Source of the DNA: a virus
Taxonomy: Duplodnaviria > Caudoviricetes
Length of the DNA stretch: 52,417 bases
Virus record (IMG/VR): IMGVR_UViG_3300032232_001029
Span: 1 to 52,417 of that record
Strand: one strand, 5' to 3'
Under the pieces are notes generated by a model. It searched no databases, was not told the DNA's origin, and worked only from the letters and a program-made list of their open reading frames with translations. Shown here piece by piece: positions 19,547-27,396 of the stretch. The stretch's first letter is position 1. Each line of letters opens with the position of its first letter. The translations under genes and the position numbers were made by a program.

Positions 19547-20047
19547 ATGACAACCGACACACCACGCACGGATGCCGTGCCATCCAATCAGTCTATGCTT
19601 ACTGCACAATCCGATCCTGTTGAGCTATATCAACAGCTATGTGTTACAACTTTTGGTTTTGAAAGGGCTTTAGACGCTTGTGCTGAGTATCGAATTCAAC
19701 TCACCGCATCACAGGCCGAGGTCGAGAGGCTCCGTGCGTTTATCAAAAGCATACTGCCCCCGCCTCCTTACGGAGAACTGGAACCTGAATGGAAATACGC
19801 TGAAAAGCTACTAGCCGAAACCGCCACCTTGCCAGAGGAAGCAGAGGCCGAGCTTTCCATGTGGAGAGATGGGGGAATAATGCACGAAGACCATAGCAAA
19901 GAAATAGATGAAACTAATCAAAAGCTCGACACAGCTATTGAAATTGCAAAAGACGCACTTTGGTATGCTCGCATCTACGAGAATGAAATTCATTTCAATA
20001 AAATGGATGGCCTGTACCAGAAACTAGTCGCATTAAAAAACAAATGA
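19547..20047 (+). CDS. TDTPRTDA-family protein 2
   Basis: MTTDTPRTDAV...AEVERLR coiled coil. Confidence 0.7.
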   Translation: MTTDTPRTDAVPSNQSMLTAQSDPVELYQQLCVTTFGFERALDACAEYRIQLTASQAEVERLRAFIKSILPPPPYGELEPEWKYAEKLLAETATLPEEAEAELSMWRDGGIMHEDHSKEIDETNQKLDTAIEIAKDALWYARIYENEIHFNKMDGLYQKLVALKNK

Positions 20048-20334
20048 AAACCGACACACCACGAACTGATGCCGTGCCGAAACGATACATGACAGTCGTC
20101 TATGAAATCGTAGATGAAACCGAGTGGAGGAAAACAAACCCACTGAGGTATGAACACAACGGACTCAGCGCAGTTACAGTTTCAGCATACGATGCAATCG
20201 AATTGCTGGATGAAGCAGAGGCCGAGGTCGAGAGGCTAAGGGAGTCATTAGAACGATACGATGACATCATCAACAAGCAGGACGATGAGATAATCAGACT
20301 CCGTAGAGTCTATAGCAACCTACTAAACAAATGA
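20044..20334 (+). CDS. TDTPRTDA-family protein 3
   Basis: MKTDTPRTDAV...EAEVERLR. Confidence 0.75.
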   Translation: MKTDTPRTDAVPKRYMTVVYEIVDETEWRKTNPLRYEHNGLSAVTVSAYDAIELLDEAEAEVERLRESLERYDDIINKQDDEIIRLRRVYSNLLNK

Positions 20335-20993
20335 AAACCGACACACCACGAACTGATGCCTGCGGTTTCTGCGGAGAAAAAGACTGCAAACCATACTACC
20401 GACCTCATGGGCAAGAATGCCGATCTGCTTTGTGCGAGATGACTGAACGAGCAAAGAAAGCAGAGGCCGAGGTCGCAAGGCTCCGTGATGAGGCCCAAAG
20501 TTGGAAGAAACATTCATTCACACTCCGAGATGAGGTCGCATGGTTCAGCGAACGGCTTAACCGAGCGATTGAAATCGGGAAAACACTCTCTTTCTCACAC
20601 TGTTACGATTGCCAAAAAGATAACTGCTCATTGTGCAATCTTGTAGAAGAACTAGCCAGACTCGCCACCGCGCCAGAGGAACCTGCCCCCCAATGGCGAG
20701 AGCTTGGCCCTGACGAGACGATCCAAGAGGGGGATGAGGTATTATCATCTAAGGGATGGAGACCAGCAATACGAATTGGAAGGACGAAGTTACAGGTTAT
20801 GTCGTACCGCACCCGCCGCCCGTTGGAACTAATGAAGACGAGCCGACAACTTGAGCAAGAACTTAACGCATCCGAGGCCGAGGTCGAGAGGCTGAAGGAA
20901 CTTATGTCCAGACTATGTGAATCAGTAGCGGAAAATTGGGACGAAGGAATCGCAAAATACTTCAAAGATGAAATGAACAAAAGTAAAAAATAA
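20331..20993 (+). CDS. TDTPRTDA-family protein 4
   Basis: MKTDTPRTDAC..., Cys clusters, QWRELGPDETIQEGDE module, EAEVERLK. Confidence 0.75.
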   Translation: MKTDTPRTDACGFCGEKDCKPYYRPHGQECRSALCEMTERAKKAEAEVARLRDEAQSWKKHSFTLRDEVAWFSERLNRAIEIGKTLSFSHCYDCQKDNCSLCNLVEELARLATAPEEPAPQWRELGPDETIQEGDEVLSSKGWRPAIRIGRTKLQVMSYRTRRPLELMKTSRQLEQELNASEAEVERLKELMSRLCESVAENWDEGIAKYFKDEMNKSKK

Positions 20994-20998
20994 AAACC

Positions 20999-21262
20999 AT
21001 GAACAACACCACAAAACAAATCGGTATCATCGCAATCGTCGCCATCACCTTCTGCGTGATCGACACACTCGCAACCTCTCTATACTGGCGGCATCTCGCC
21101 GTGAAACATAGTGCGGCAACCTACGAAACCAACTCATGGGGCATCCCTAGTTTTCACTGGACTGACGAATCGTTCGCTCAGACTCCCTTTCAAGAGGATA
21201 ACTGGCAGAAGATTCAAGACGGCATCTTTCAGAATAAACTCAACAAGATGGGAATTAAATAA
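20999..21262 (+). CDS. Membrane-anchored hypothetical protein
   Basis: N-terminal hydrophobic helix IGIIAIVAITFCVI. Confidence 0.65.
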   Translation: MNNTTKQIGIIAIVAITFCVIDTLATSLYWRHLAVKHSAATYETNSWGIPSFHWTDESFAQTPFQEDNWQKIQDGIFQNKLNKMGIK

Positions 21263-21263
21263 T

Positions 21264-21491
21264 ATGATTCAGAAACACCTCACTCCAGCGGATTTTGAGC
21301 GGATGCTCGACGCTCTCGAGGAACACTCCGAAGGAATACCAAAGCGGGAAATCATGAAAAAGTTTCTCCAGCTTCAGTTTGAACGGGATTGTGCAATGAG
21401 TTTTGCAGATGCGTTCTGTGTCTCTACTGGTGACATTACCAATCTAGTAACTGAATTCCATCAGTTTAAAAAGTTTGTAGGAGACTCTTGA
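21264..21491 (+). CDS. Hypothetical protein
   Basis: Start reassigned to ATG 21264, directly after the previous stop. Confidence 0.6.
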   Translation: MIQKHLTPADFERMLDALEEHSEGIPKREIMKKFLQLQFERDCAMSFADAFCVSTGDITNLVTEFHQFKKFVGDS

Positions 21492-21522
21492 CACACTGGC
21501 AAAATAATCTTTTAATTATAAT

Positions 21523-21687
21523 ATGACCGACCCCGACAACACCAACGAACCCGAATACTACGAAGAAGAGCATGAGCTAGGCCACACGCCTAGGGATATG
21601 GATGAGCCACAAGATTGCGAACCCGATGCCTATCTAGAAGCCGCATACGAAGACCGCTTTGATATTGGAGATAATTATGAATTCTAA
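21523..21687 (+). CDS. 54-aa very acidic protein
   Basis: MTDPDNTNEPEYYEEEHE...; TTGACA-17-TTTAAT-6-ATG. Confidence 0.6.
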   Translation: MTDPDNTNEPEYYEEEHELGHTPRDMDEPQDCEPDAYLEAAYEDRFDIGDNYEF

Positions 21688-21943
21688 TCTTAACCTTGAC
21701 GATCTCTTAGAGTGCCTCGATGAGAATGTTCTTAAAGCTGATGGGTATGATGATTGCATCATTGGTTTTACCTCTCAAGCTGGTCGCCCCTCTGTGATTG
21801 CTTATGATACCAACAAGATGATCACCAAGCTAATGTTCGAGGGAATGGACAGAGATGAGGCATGGGAATTCTTTGAATTTAACATCGCCGGTGCTTATGT
21901 TGGGGAATACACGCCTGTTTTCATCACTAAAATGGTTGATTAA
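21677..21943 (+). CDS. Phage hypothetical protein
   Basis: ADGYDDCIIG...EAWEFFEFNIAGAYVGEYTP motif recalled from large-phage proteins. Confidence 0.75.
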   Translation: MNSNLNLDDLLECLDENVLKADGYDDCIIGFTSQAGRPSVIAYDTNKMITKLMFEGMDRDEAWEFFEFNIAGAYVGEYTPVFITKMVD

Positions 21944-21944
21944 T

Positions 21945-21990
21945 GTAAAGCGCTGATAATCAAGGGGTTACAGCGCCGGGCCCCGCCCGG
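21945..21990 (+). repeat. Cassette-boundary element copy 7
   Basis: GTAAAG-N15-GGTTAC agcg CCGGGC-CCC-GCCCGG. Confidence 0.9.
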
Positions 21991-22178
21991 TCGGTCGGTC
22001 TTACACTGTAGACCCGCATAAACACTAGGCGTATGGGCTGGCAGTGGGCTGTAGATGAATATGCCGCAGACCCGCATAAACACTGGCTCTACAGGTGTCA
22101 ACTCTTTTAAAATAAAAAAGTTTCACTAGCCGAACGATTTTTCTCGTTTTTTTTAGGGTAGGATGGTATTCTTTAACC

Positions 22179-22388
22179 ATGAAAAACAAGAACGCTACTC
22201 TCTCCTTCAACAATGTCATCAACATCCGCCTTGCGGTGAAGCTGAACATCAATGAGCGCAGGAAAATGCGTCGTAGCGCAATCAGCACTTTTGGTATCGG
22301 TAGCAGCATTGTAAAGATGTACTCCAACGATGTACGAGACAATATCTCGGCGTATCGTGCCGCACAAAATATCCCGATTACCTATTGA
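22179..22388 (+). CDS. Hypothetical basic protein
   Basis: TATTCT-6-ATG. Confidence 0.65.
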   Translation: MKNKNATLSFNNVINIRLAVKLNINERRKMRRSAISTFGIGSSIVKMYSNDVRDNISAYRAAQNIPITY

Positions 22389-22454
22389 CACGCCGCACAA
22401 AATCTTTAATAATCAAAATACAGAAACAACAACAACAAAACCCAAAACACTACA

Positions 22455-22721
22455 ATGAAAAAACTAAACCTAAACCTCCTGTTCACCAAGATTGCCTACA
22501 AGCTCGGTCTCGCTAAAACCTACAAGATTGTCTACTCGGCAGAGTCAAACCGCTTTGAGCCTAAAGAGTACGAGGTTTCCCGTCCCTTCGGTAAGTTCTT
22601 CTACAAGGAGGATCGTCCTAATCATCCTGTAGGTGAGGGAATCACTTGCTATGTTCCTGCCGTCGATGACATTCGACGCTTTAGGCTTGACCGCATCAAT
22701 CGGTTTGAGCTGATGTCCTAA
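22455..22721 (+). CDS. Hypothetical protein (WYL-like C-terminal RRFRLDRI)
   Basis: IRRFRLDRI resembles the WYL/Sm-like signature. Confidence 0.55.
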   Translation: MKKLNLNLLFTKIAYKLGLAKTYKIVYSAESNRFEPKEYEVSRPFGKFFYKEDRPNHPVGEGITCYVPAVDDIRRFRLDRINRFELMS

Positions 22722-22728
22722 CACTTCT

Positions 22729-22805
22729 GGAACTATAGCTTAATTGGTTAAAGCATCGCCCTGTCACGGCGAGGAGTACGGGTTCGAGTCCCGTTAGTTC
22801 CGCCA
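22729..22805 (+). tRNA. tRNA-Asp (GTC)
   Basis: GGAACTA/TAGTTCC acceptor, TCGCC-CTGTCAC-GGCGA anticodon arm, TTCGAG T-loop, CCA. Confidence 0.95.
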
Positions 22806-22820
22806 GCTCACCACAAAAAA

Positions 22821-23258
22821 ATGCAATTAAAAACAAACGCAACGGATGGAGGTCGTTCAAAGTCTGGTATAGAAGAAAAGGGGGATTGCACAATTCGTGC
22901 CCTTGCCATAAGTGCGGGCATTCCCTATCAATATGCCCACAAGATAGGAAGAGAAGCCGGAAGGAAAGACAAAAAAGGTTTTCATCCAGAAATACTTCTC
23001 AAGTATGCCAAAAAAGAGTATGGCATAACATATAAGAAAAAGCGTTACAAAAGCGTTACCATTCAAAGATTCATTAAAGAAAATCCAACAGGTCACTACT
23101 ATGTTGCAACTAATAATCATGCTTTTGCTATCATAAACGGAACAATTCACGACACTGGATTAAATCGTCCGCTTCAGAGGCTAGAAGAGGCTTACTTAAT
23201 GTCTAGTCGTCGCCTAACATCCATCGCTGAGATGTATAAAAATAGCCAATCGTTCTAA
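22821..23258 (+). CDS. Phage hypothetical protein
   Basis: GDCTIRALAI...HAFAIINGTIHDT (possible Cys-His-Asp triad). Confidence 0.7.
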   Translation: MQLKTNATDGGRSKSGIEEKGDCTIRALAISAGIPYQYAHKIGREAGRKDKKGFHPEILLKYAKKEYGITYKKKRYKSVTIQRFIKENPTGHYYVATNNHAFAIINGTIHDTGLNRPLQRLEEAYLMSSRRLTSIAEMYKNSQSF

Positions 23259-23300
23259 AGCGTTGGTTGTCAACTACTTACAGCGCCCGGCCCCGCCCGG
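23255..23300 (+). repeat. Cassette-boundary element copy 8
   Basis: CTAAAG-N15-ACTTAC agcg CCCGGC-CCC-GCCCGG. Confidence 0.9.
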
Positions 23301-23501
23301 CGGGTTGTCACACAATGTCGGAGACGCATAAACACTAGCTGTAGCGGTAGGTTACCGGCTGTAGATTAAGTTACCCGTAGAGCCGCATAAACACTGGCCC
23401 CACGGCCGGTCATTTCAGGTCAAGCCTTTTCGCTCGAAAAAAGTTTCGGAAAAGATAAAAAATGTTTTGCATTCCTCAATCGGGTTCCGTATTCTCTACC
23501 T

Positions 23502-24002
23502 ATGACAAACAACAACACCCAAACCCACAACGCAACTCCTGCCGCTACTGAAGCGATTTCCTCTTATGGCAACGGCCTAGCCTTTGGCCTTTCTGGTAAT
23601 CGTCATCAGATTGAACTCTCCTTCAACCGATATTTCAATCTTGGAATTGCTGGGGCAAATGTCACAAGCAACATTGACGACGAGGGAGGATGGGTAAGCA
23701 ATGGGCAAACCCTTGGTGATGGATTTCTTCATTATATCGGAGAAAACTTTGCGTACTTCCTCACGACATCAGAGGACATCATCCGTGGTCTTACATGGGA
23801 AAATATCCGCCTATGGCAAGATTCCCCTGTATCTGCTCAATATAAAAAGAACCCTGCCAAGTTTAAGAGTGATGCACAACAAACGGCAATCGACACTTTC
23901 AACGGAATCACAAGGGAAAACTTTATGGGATGGGCAACCGATCGTGTTCCCGAAGGGCATTTGATTCGGGAAGGGTCAAGCGACTGGTGCGACAATGAAT
24001 AA
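23502..24002 (+). CDS. Hypothetical protein
   Basis: TTGCAT-17-TATTCT-6-ATG. Confidence 0.75.
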   Translation: MTNNNTQTHNATPAATEAISSYGNGLAFGLSGNRHQIELSFNRYFNLGIAGANVTSNIDDEGGWVSNGQTLGDGFLHYIGENFAYFLTTSEDIIRGLTWENIRLWQDSPVSAQYKKNPAKFKSDAQQTAIDTFNGITRENFMGWATDRVPEGHLIREGSSDWCDNE

Positions 24003-24054
24003 ATTATAAAAATAAACCTTGCAACAATCACAGAAAAATATCAAAATCAAAATC

Positions 24055-24744
24055 ATGAAACTCCTATCACCCAACAACACGAAAATCAAAAAAGGCGAAA
24101 AACTCGGATGGCTCACGCTTGGCCTCTCTCTCCTTCCATATAACCTTTCGGGAAAAAACTTCTGTTCCCACGCTTCCGAAGGTTGTGCGGCGGCTTGCCT
24201 CAACACTTCAGGTATGGGGGTTTTCTCTAATGTTCAAGAGGCACGATTGAAAAAGTCTCGTTACTTCATCGAACAGAAGGACGCTTTCCTTGCTCAGTTA
24301 AAGAAGGAAATATCTCTTGCGATTAAGAACGCAAAGAAGAAAAACATGAAACTTGCGGTGCGGTTAAATGTTCTCTCTGATCTTTCATGGGAAAATCTGA
24401 TTGATATGAAGTCTTTCCCCGAAGTGACTTTTTACGACTACACGCCAAACCCTAAAAGGATGACGGCCTTCCTTAGTGGCGAGCTTCCCGAAAATTATCA
24501 CCTTACCTTTTCCCGCAAGGAAAACAATCAGAGCATTGTCGAACTCATGGCAAGCATGGGGGGAAACATTGCGGCGGTTTTTGCTGGTAGCCTTCCATCG
24601 TCCTACCTTGGAAAGCCAGTAGTCAACGGCGATGACACCGATTTACGCTTTCTTGATCCGAAAGGCGTGATCGTCGGCCTAGTTGCTAAGGGTAAGGGAA
24701 AGAAGGATTCATCGGGCTTTGTCTTACAGCCTGTAAACTCTTAA
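24055..24744 (+). CDS. Gp88-like phage protein (Cys-cluster, radical-SAM-like)
   Basis: CSHASEGCAAACL, VRLNVLSD, FYDYT, NYHLTFS, GDDTDLRFLD motifs. Confidence 0.8.
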   Translation: MKLLSPNNTKIKKGEKLGWLTLGLSLLPYNLSGKNFCSHASEGCAAACLNTSGMGVFSNVQEARLKKSRYFIEQKDAFLAQLKKEISLAIKNAKKKNMKLAVRLNVLSDLSWENLIDMKSFPEVTFYDYTPNPKRMTAFLSGELPENYHLTFSRKENNQSIVELMASMGGNIAAVFAGSLPSSYLGKPVVNGDDTDLRFLDPKGVIVGLVAKGKGKKDSSGFVLQPVNS

Positions 24745-24756
24745 CTGTAATACGTT

Positions 24757-24819
24757 ATGACCTTTATATTAATATGCTTGTTAGTGGCCATAGTAATTCA
24801 CGCAAATAAAACTAAATAA
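24757..24819 (+). CDS. 20-aa hydrophobic peptide
   Basis: MTFILICLLVAIVIHANKTK; shares LVAIVIH with 14567-14623. Confidence 0.5.
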   Translation: MTFILICLLVAIVIHANKTK

Positions 24820-24982
24820 CATGAAAGATTATATCGTTACATTTTACTACAAGAAAGAGAACGCTTTTTATGCAAAGTTAGTTAAGGCATCTTCACTAAC
24901 TAAGGCCGGACAAATTGCTAACAAAAACTGGCCAAGTATTGAAATAATTAATATCAGCCTGTTTGATTGGCAAACGGTTTTC

Positions 24983-25028
24983 GGAAGTGACTGATAATCA
25001 ACGACTTACGGCGCCCGGCCCCGCCCGG
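24983..25028 (+). repeat. Cassette-boundary element copy 9
   Basis: GGAAGT-N15-ACTTAC ggcg CCCGGC-CCC-GCCCGG. Confidence 0.9.
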
Positions 25029-25221
25029 CGAGTTGTCATACAACGTCGGAGGCGCATGAATACTGGCGCTAGCGGCACACTATACCCCACAGATGAATAT
25101 GCCGTAGAGTCGCATAAACACTGGGTCTACAGCTGTCAAGTAATATGTGCGAAAAATAAACGCACAAAAAATCAAAATACCTCTTGCCGTACCGCACAAA
25201 AAATAGGATGATGAGGGGGTA

Positions 25222-26022
25222 ATGAAAACACTAAACCTCACACTACACTGCGGCGGCCACGAAGTTTCTACGGAGCAAGTCGCGAACTCCATCACCCCTA
25301 ACGCAACGGATTCTTGGCATCCGATTCCTCACTCTCGTATCATCGAGGGACTGCGCGAGACGGTTGCCACTGCTGGGCTTGAAATCGTACAGGAGCGCCA
25401 TGCTCTTGCGCGTGACGGTCAGCGATACTTCGGCTTGTTCCAAGTGTCCGGCATTCCCAACTTCTCTCTGTCCGAGACGGTTGGCACTGTTATCGGCTTG
25501 CGTAACTCGCACGACAAGTCCTTCCCTGCTGGCATTAACGCTGGCTCCGCGCCATTCGTTTGCGATAACCTCTCATTTCACAATGAGATCAAGATCGCCC
25601 GCCGTCACACGAAGTTCATCCTTCGTGACCTTCCAATGCTCCTCGCTGGCGCATTCGGCAAGCTCACCTCTGCTTGGGGTAATCACGCCAAGCGTGTCGA
25701 GGCTTATCAGGCTTGCACGATCAACGACAAGGACGCTCACGACATGATTGTCAAGGCGTACCGTTGCGGCGCGGTGTCCAAGACTGCTCTGGCTGATGTT
25801 GTCTCACAGTGGCACGAGCCCGAGCATGATGTCTGGGGCTCCGAGCGTAACCTCTGGGGGATGTACAACGCCTTTACCAATGTCCTGCGCGGCAATGCAA
25901 TGGCGCTCCCTCGTCGCTCTGACGCACTCCACGCCCTTCTGGATCCTCTCGCGGGTATCGCGGCCCAACAGGTCGTAGAGGCACAGGTCGAAGCCGTCGA
26001 GCCCGTACTGGTGACGGCCTAA
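25222..26022 (+). CDS. DUF932-family protein
   Basis: GLRNSHDKS, FVCDNL, RRHT and LWGMYNAFT motifs. Confidence 0.85.
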   Translation: MKTLNLTLHCGGHEVSTEQVANSITPNATDSWHPIPHSRIIEGLRETVATAGLEIVQERHALARDGQRYFGLFQVSGIPNFSLSETVGTVIGLRNSHDKSFPAGINAGSAPFVCDNLSFHNEIKIARRHTKFILRDLPMLLAGAFGKLTSAWGNHAKRVEAYQACTINDKDAHDMIVKAYRCGAVSKTALADVVSQWHEPEHDVWGSERNLWGMYNAFTNVLRGNAMALPRRSDALHALLDPLAGIAAQQVVEAQVEAVEPVLVTA

Positions 26023-26064
26023 CATAGGCAACTAACATAGGGGGGTGGCAAATGGGCCGCCTCC

Positions 26065-26141
26065 CTAAGTGGTTGAAGATCAGCGACTTACGTCGCCCGG
26101 CGGGGCCCGGCGCTGTAAGTGCTTGATATGCAATAACTTAA
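26065..26141. repeat. Cassette-boundary element copy 10: symmetric box-core-box (orientation switch)
   Basis: CTAAGT-N15-ACTTAC gtcg CCCGGC-GGG-GCCCGG cgct GTAAGT-N15-ACTTAA. Confidence 0.92.
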
Positions 26142-26268
26142 CTGGGCTTGACAACGCTCCCAAGTAGTGTTATACTAATATAAGTGGGAGAAATATAATT
26201 CATGCAGTTAGTATGTATGAAATAATGTTAGTTCCCACGATGTCAGGAGACAGGGCAGTCCAAAAAAC

Positions 26269-26372
26269 CTATTTGCAAAATATGGCGTTAGCAAATGGGG
26301 TCTATTTGAGTAAAATCCCATTCGCAAATGGGGCCTATTTAGGTAAAATCTCATTCGCAAATTTGCTATTTG
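26269..26372. repeat. 33-bp iteron-like direct repeats
   Basis: GCAAAT at 26291, 26324, 26357; CTATTT at 26269, 26302, 26335, 26366. Confidence 0.8.
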
Positions 26373-26406
26373 TTGGATTTCGGATTCGTATATTCATAAT
26401 ATTAAT

Positions 26407-26652
26407 ATGAATGTCAGTGTTAACTTTGCCCTACCCAAGGAAGATGTCCCGATGAGGGATTGTATTAACGGACAGAGGTGGCGCGCAGTATGTATTAATT
26501 TAGAGACATACCTAGAAGAAGAAATAAGAAACACTGAAGATTTCGATGCGGTTATTGGTCTTGAAATGGCGCAAGAGAAGTTCTATGAGCTACTATCTTA
26601 CTTTGATGTGCAAACTTTCTCTGAAACTCTTGTTGACGAGCCGATCAAATAG
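26407..26652 (+). CDS. Acidic hypothetical protein
   Basis: ORF track; weakly similar to 41479-41706 (F.LP.E....IN). Confidence 0.6.
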   Translation: MNVSVNFALPKEDVPMRDCINGQRWRAVCINLETYLEEEIRNTEDFDAVIGLEMAQEKFYELLSYFDVQTFSETLVDEPIK

Positions 26653-26667
26653 ATATATTATAATAAT

Positions 26668-27052
26668 ACGGACTGGCCTAGCAGTCTTAATACACAACTA
26701 GGAAGCTCTTTAATAATTTGTAATGCTACTTCCCCGAAGCGTCACCAAAAGTGATTGCCTGTTCAGGGGAAACCGTCTCAAGTCGGAATAATAAAGAATG
26801 CAGAGAGCAAACCCTGTATGTGGGGATCACATAAACTCTGTCTATGGGGGTAACATAGAAACTTGTAGGTCGGAGCAGGGAACCCAAATCCGACACCCCC
26901 TGTGGCGTTTGTAATCGTAAGTACAGACCCCAACCCCAACGTGAAGAGATTCATCTGGGGGTAGCACTCGACGGAGTGGCAGGGACAATTTTATTACAAC
27001 GTAGGAAGTAAAACCTAACGGGCGGAGGACTCTTCCCCTCCGCCTTCCATTT
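26668..27052 (+). ncRNA. Candidate ~380-nt structured non-coding RNA (family unknown)
   Basis: No ORF in track; upstream TTGACG promoter-like site; several hairpins; terminal GGCGGAGG/CCTCCGCC stem. Confidence 0.5.
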
Positions 27053-27271
27053 CGGTAGTTGACACCATAAACAAAAAAAACTAAACTATAAAAATGAAAG
27101 ACCCTGTTACATTCCTCCTTAATCTCTTTGGTTACGAGTATAATAAGCCTAGCCTACTGAAGATGTATATGTGTGATGTCACTCATGGCACATGGATGGA
27201 GGATCTCCAGCGCAAGAATCAGGTTAGTGATTACCAGTATCGTATCTATACTGAAGTTTAAGGTCTAGCGG

Positions 27272-27317
27272 CCCGGCGGGGCCCGGCGTCGTAAGTTGTT
27301 GATACGTAACAGCTTAC
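27272..27317 (-). repeat. Cassette-boundary element copy 11 (inverted)
   Basis: CCCGGC-GGG-GCCCGG cgtc GTAAGT-N15-GCTTAC. Confidence 0.9.
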
Positions 27318-27396
27318 AACTATTCGATTAAATAGTGAAAATAATTCTTGTCCGTATGTCCAAGAAGGACTACTATAAGGATTCACACAACACACC

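Noticed and set aside
19284-20993. Diversity-generating retroelement TR/VR pair
   Set aside because: No reverse transcriptase in the window; shared blocks are short and essentially identical rather than adenine-mutated
22696-22893. Track ORF on the minus strand
   Set aside because: Antisense shadow of tRNA-Asp
16027-25211. Track ORFs that run through the GC core (16027, 16730, 17615, 24963)
   Set aside because: They translate the repeat element and promoters; real starts lie downstream of the -10 boxes
26213-26410. Track ORF with ANG.YL.KI.F repeats
   Set aside because: Probably a by-product of the 33-bp DNA repeat; not fully excluded
26668-27052. RNase P RNA or group I intron
   Set aside because: Conserved GAGGAAAGUCC / ACAGAA.CCGGC and group I P7 signatures not found
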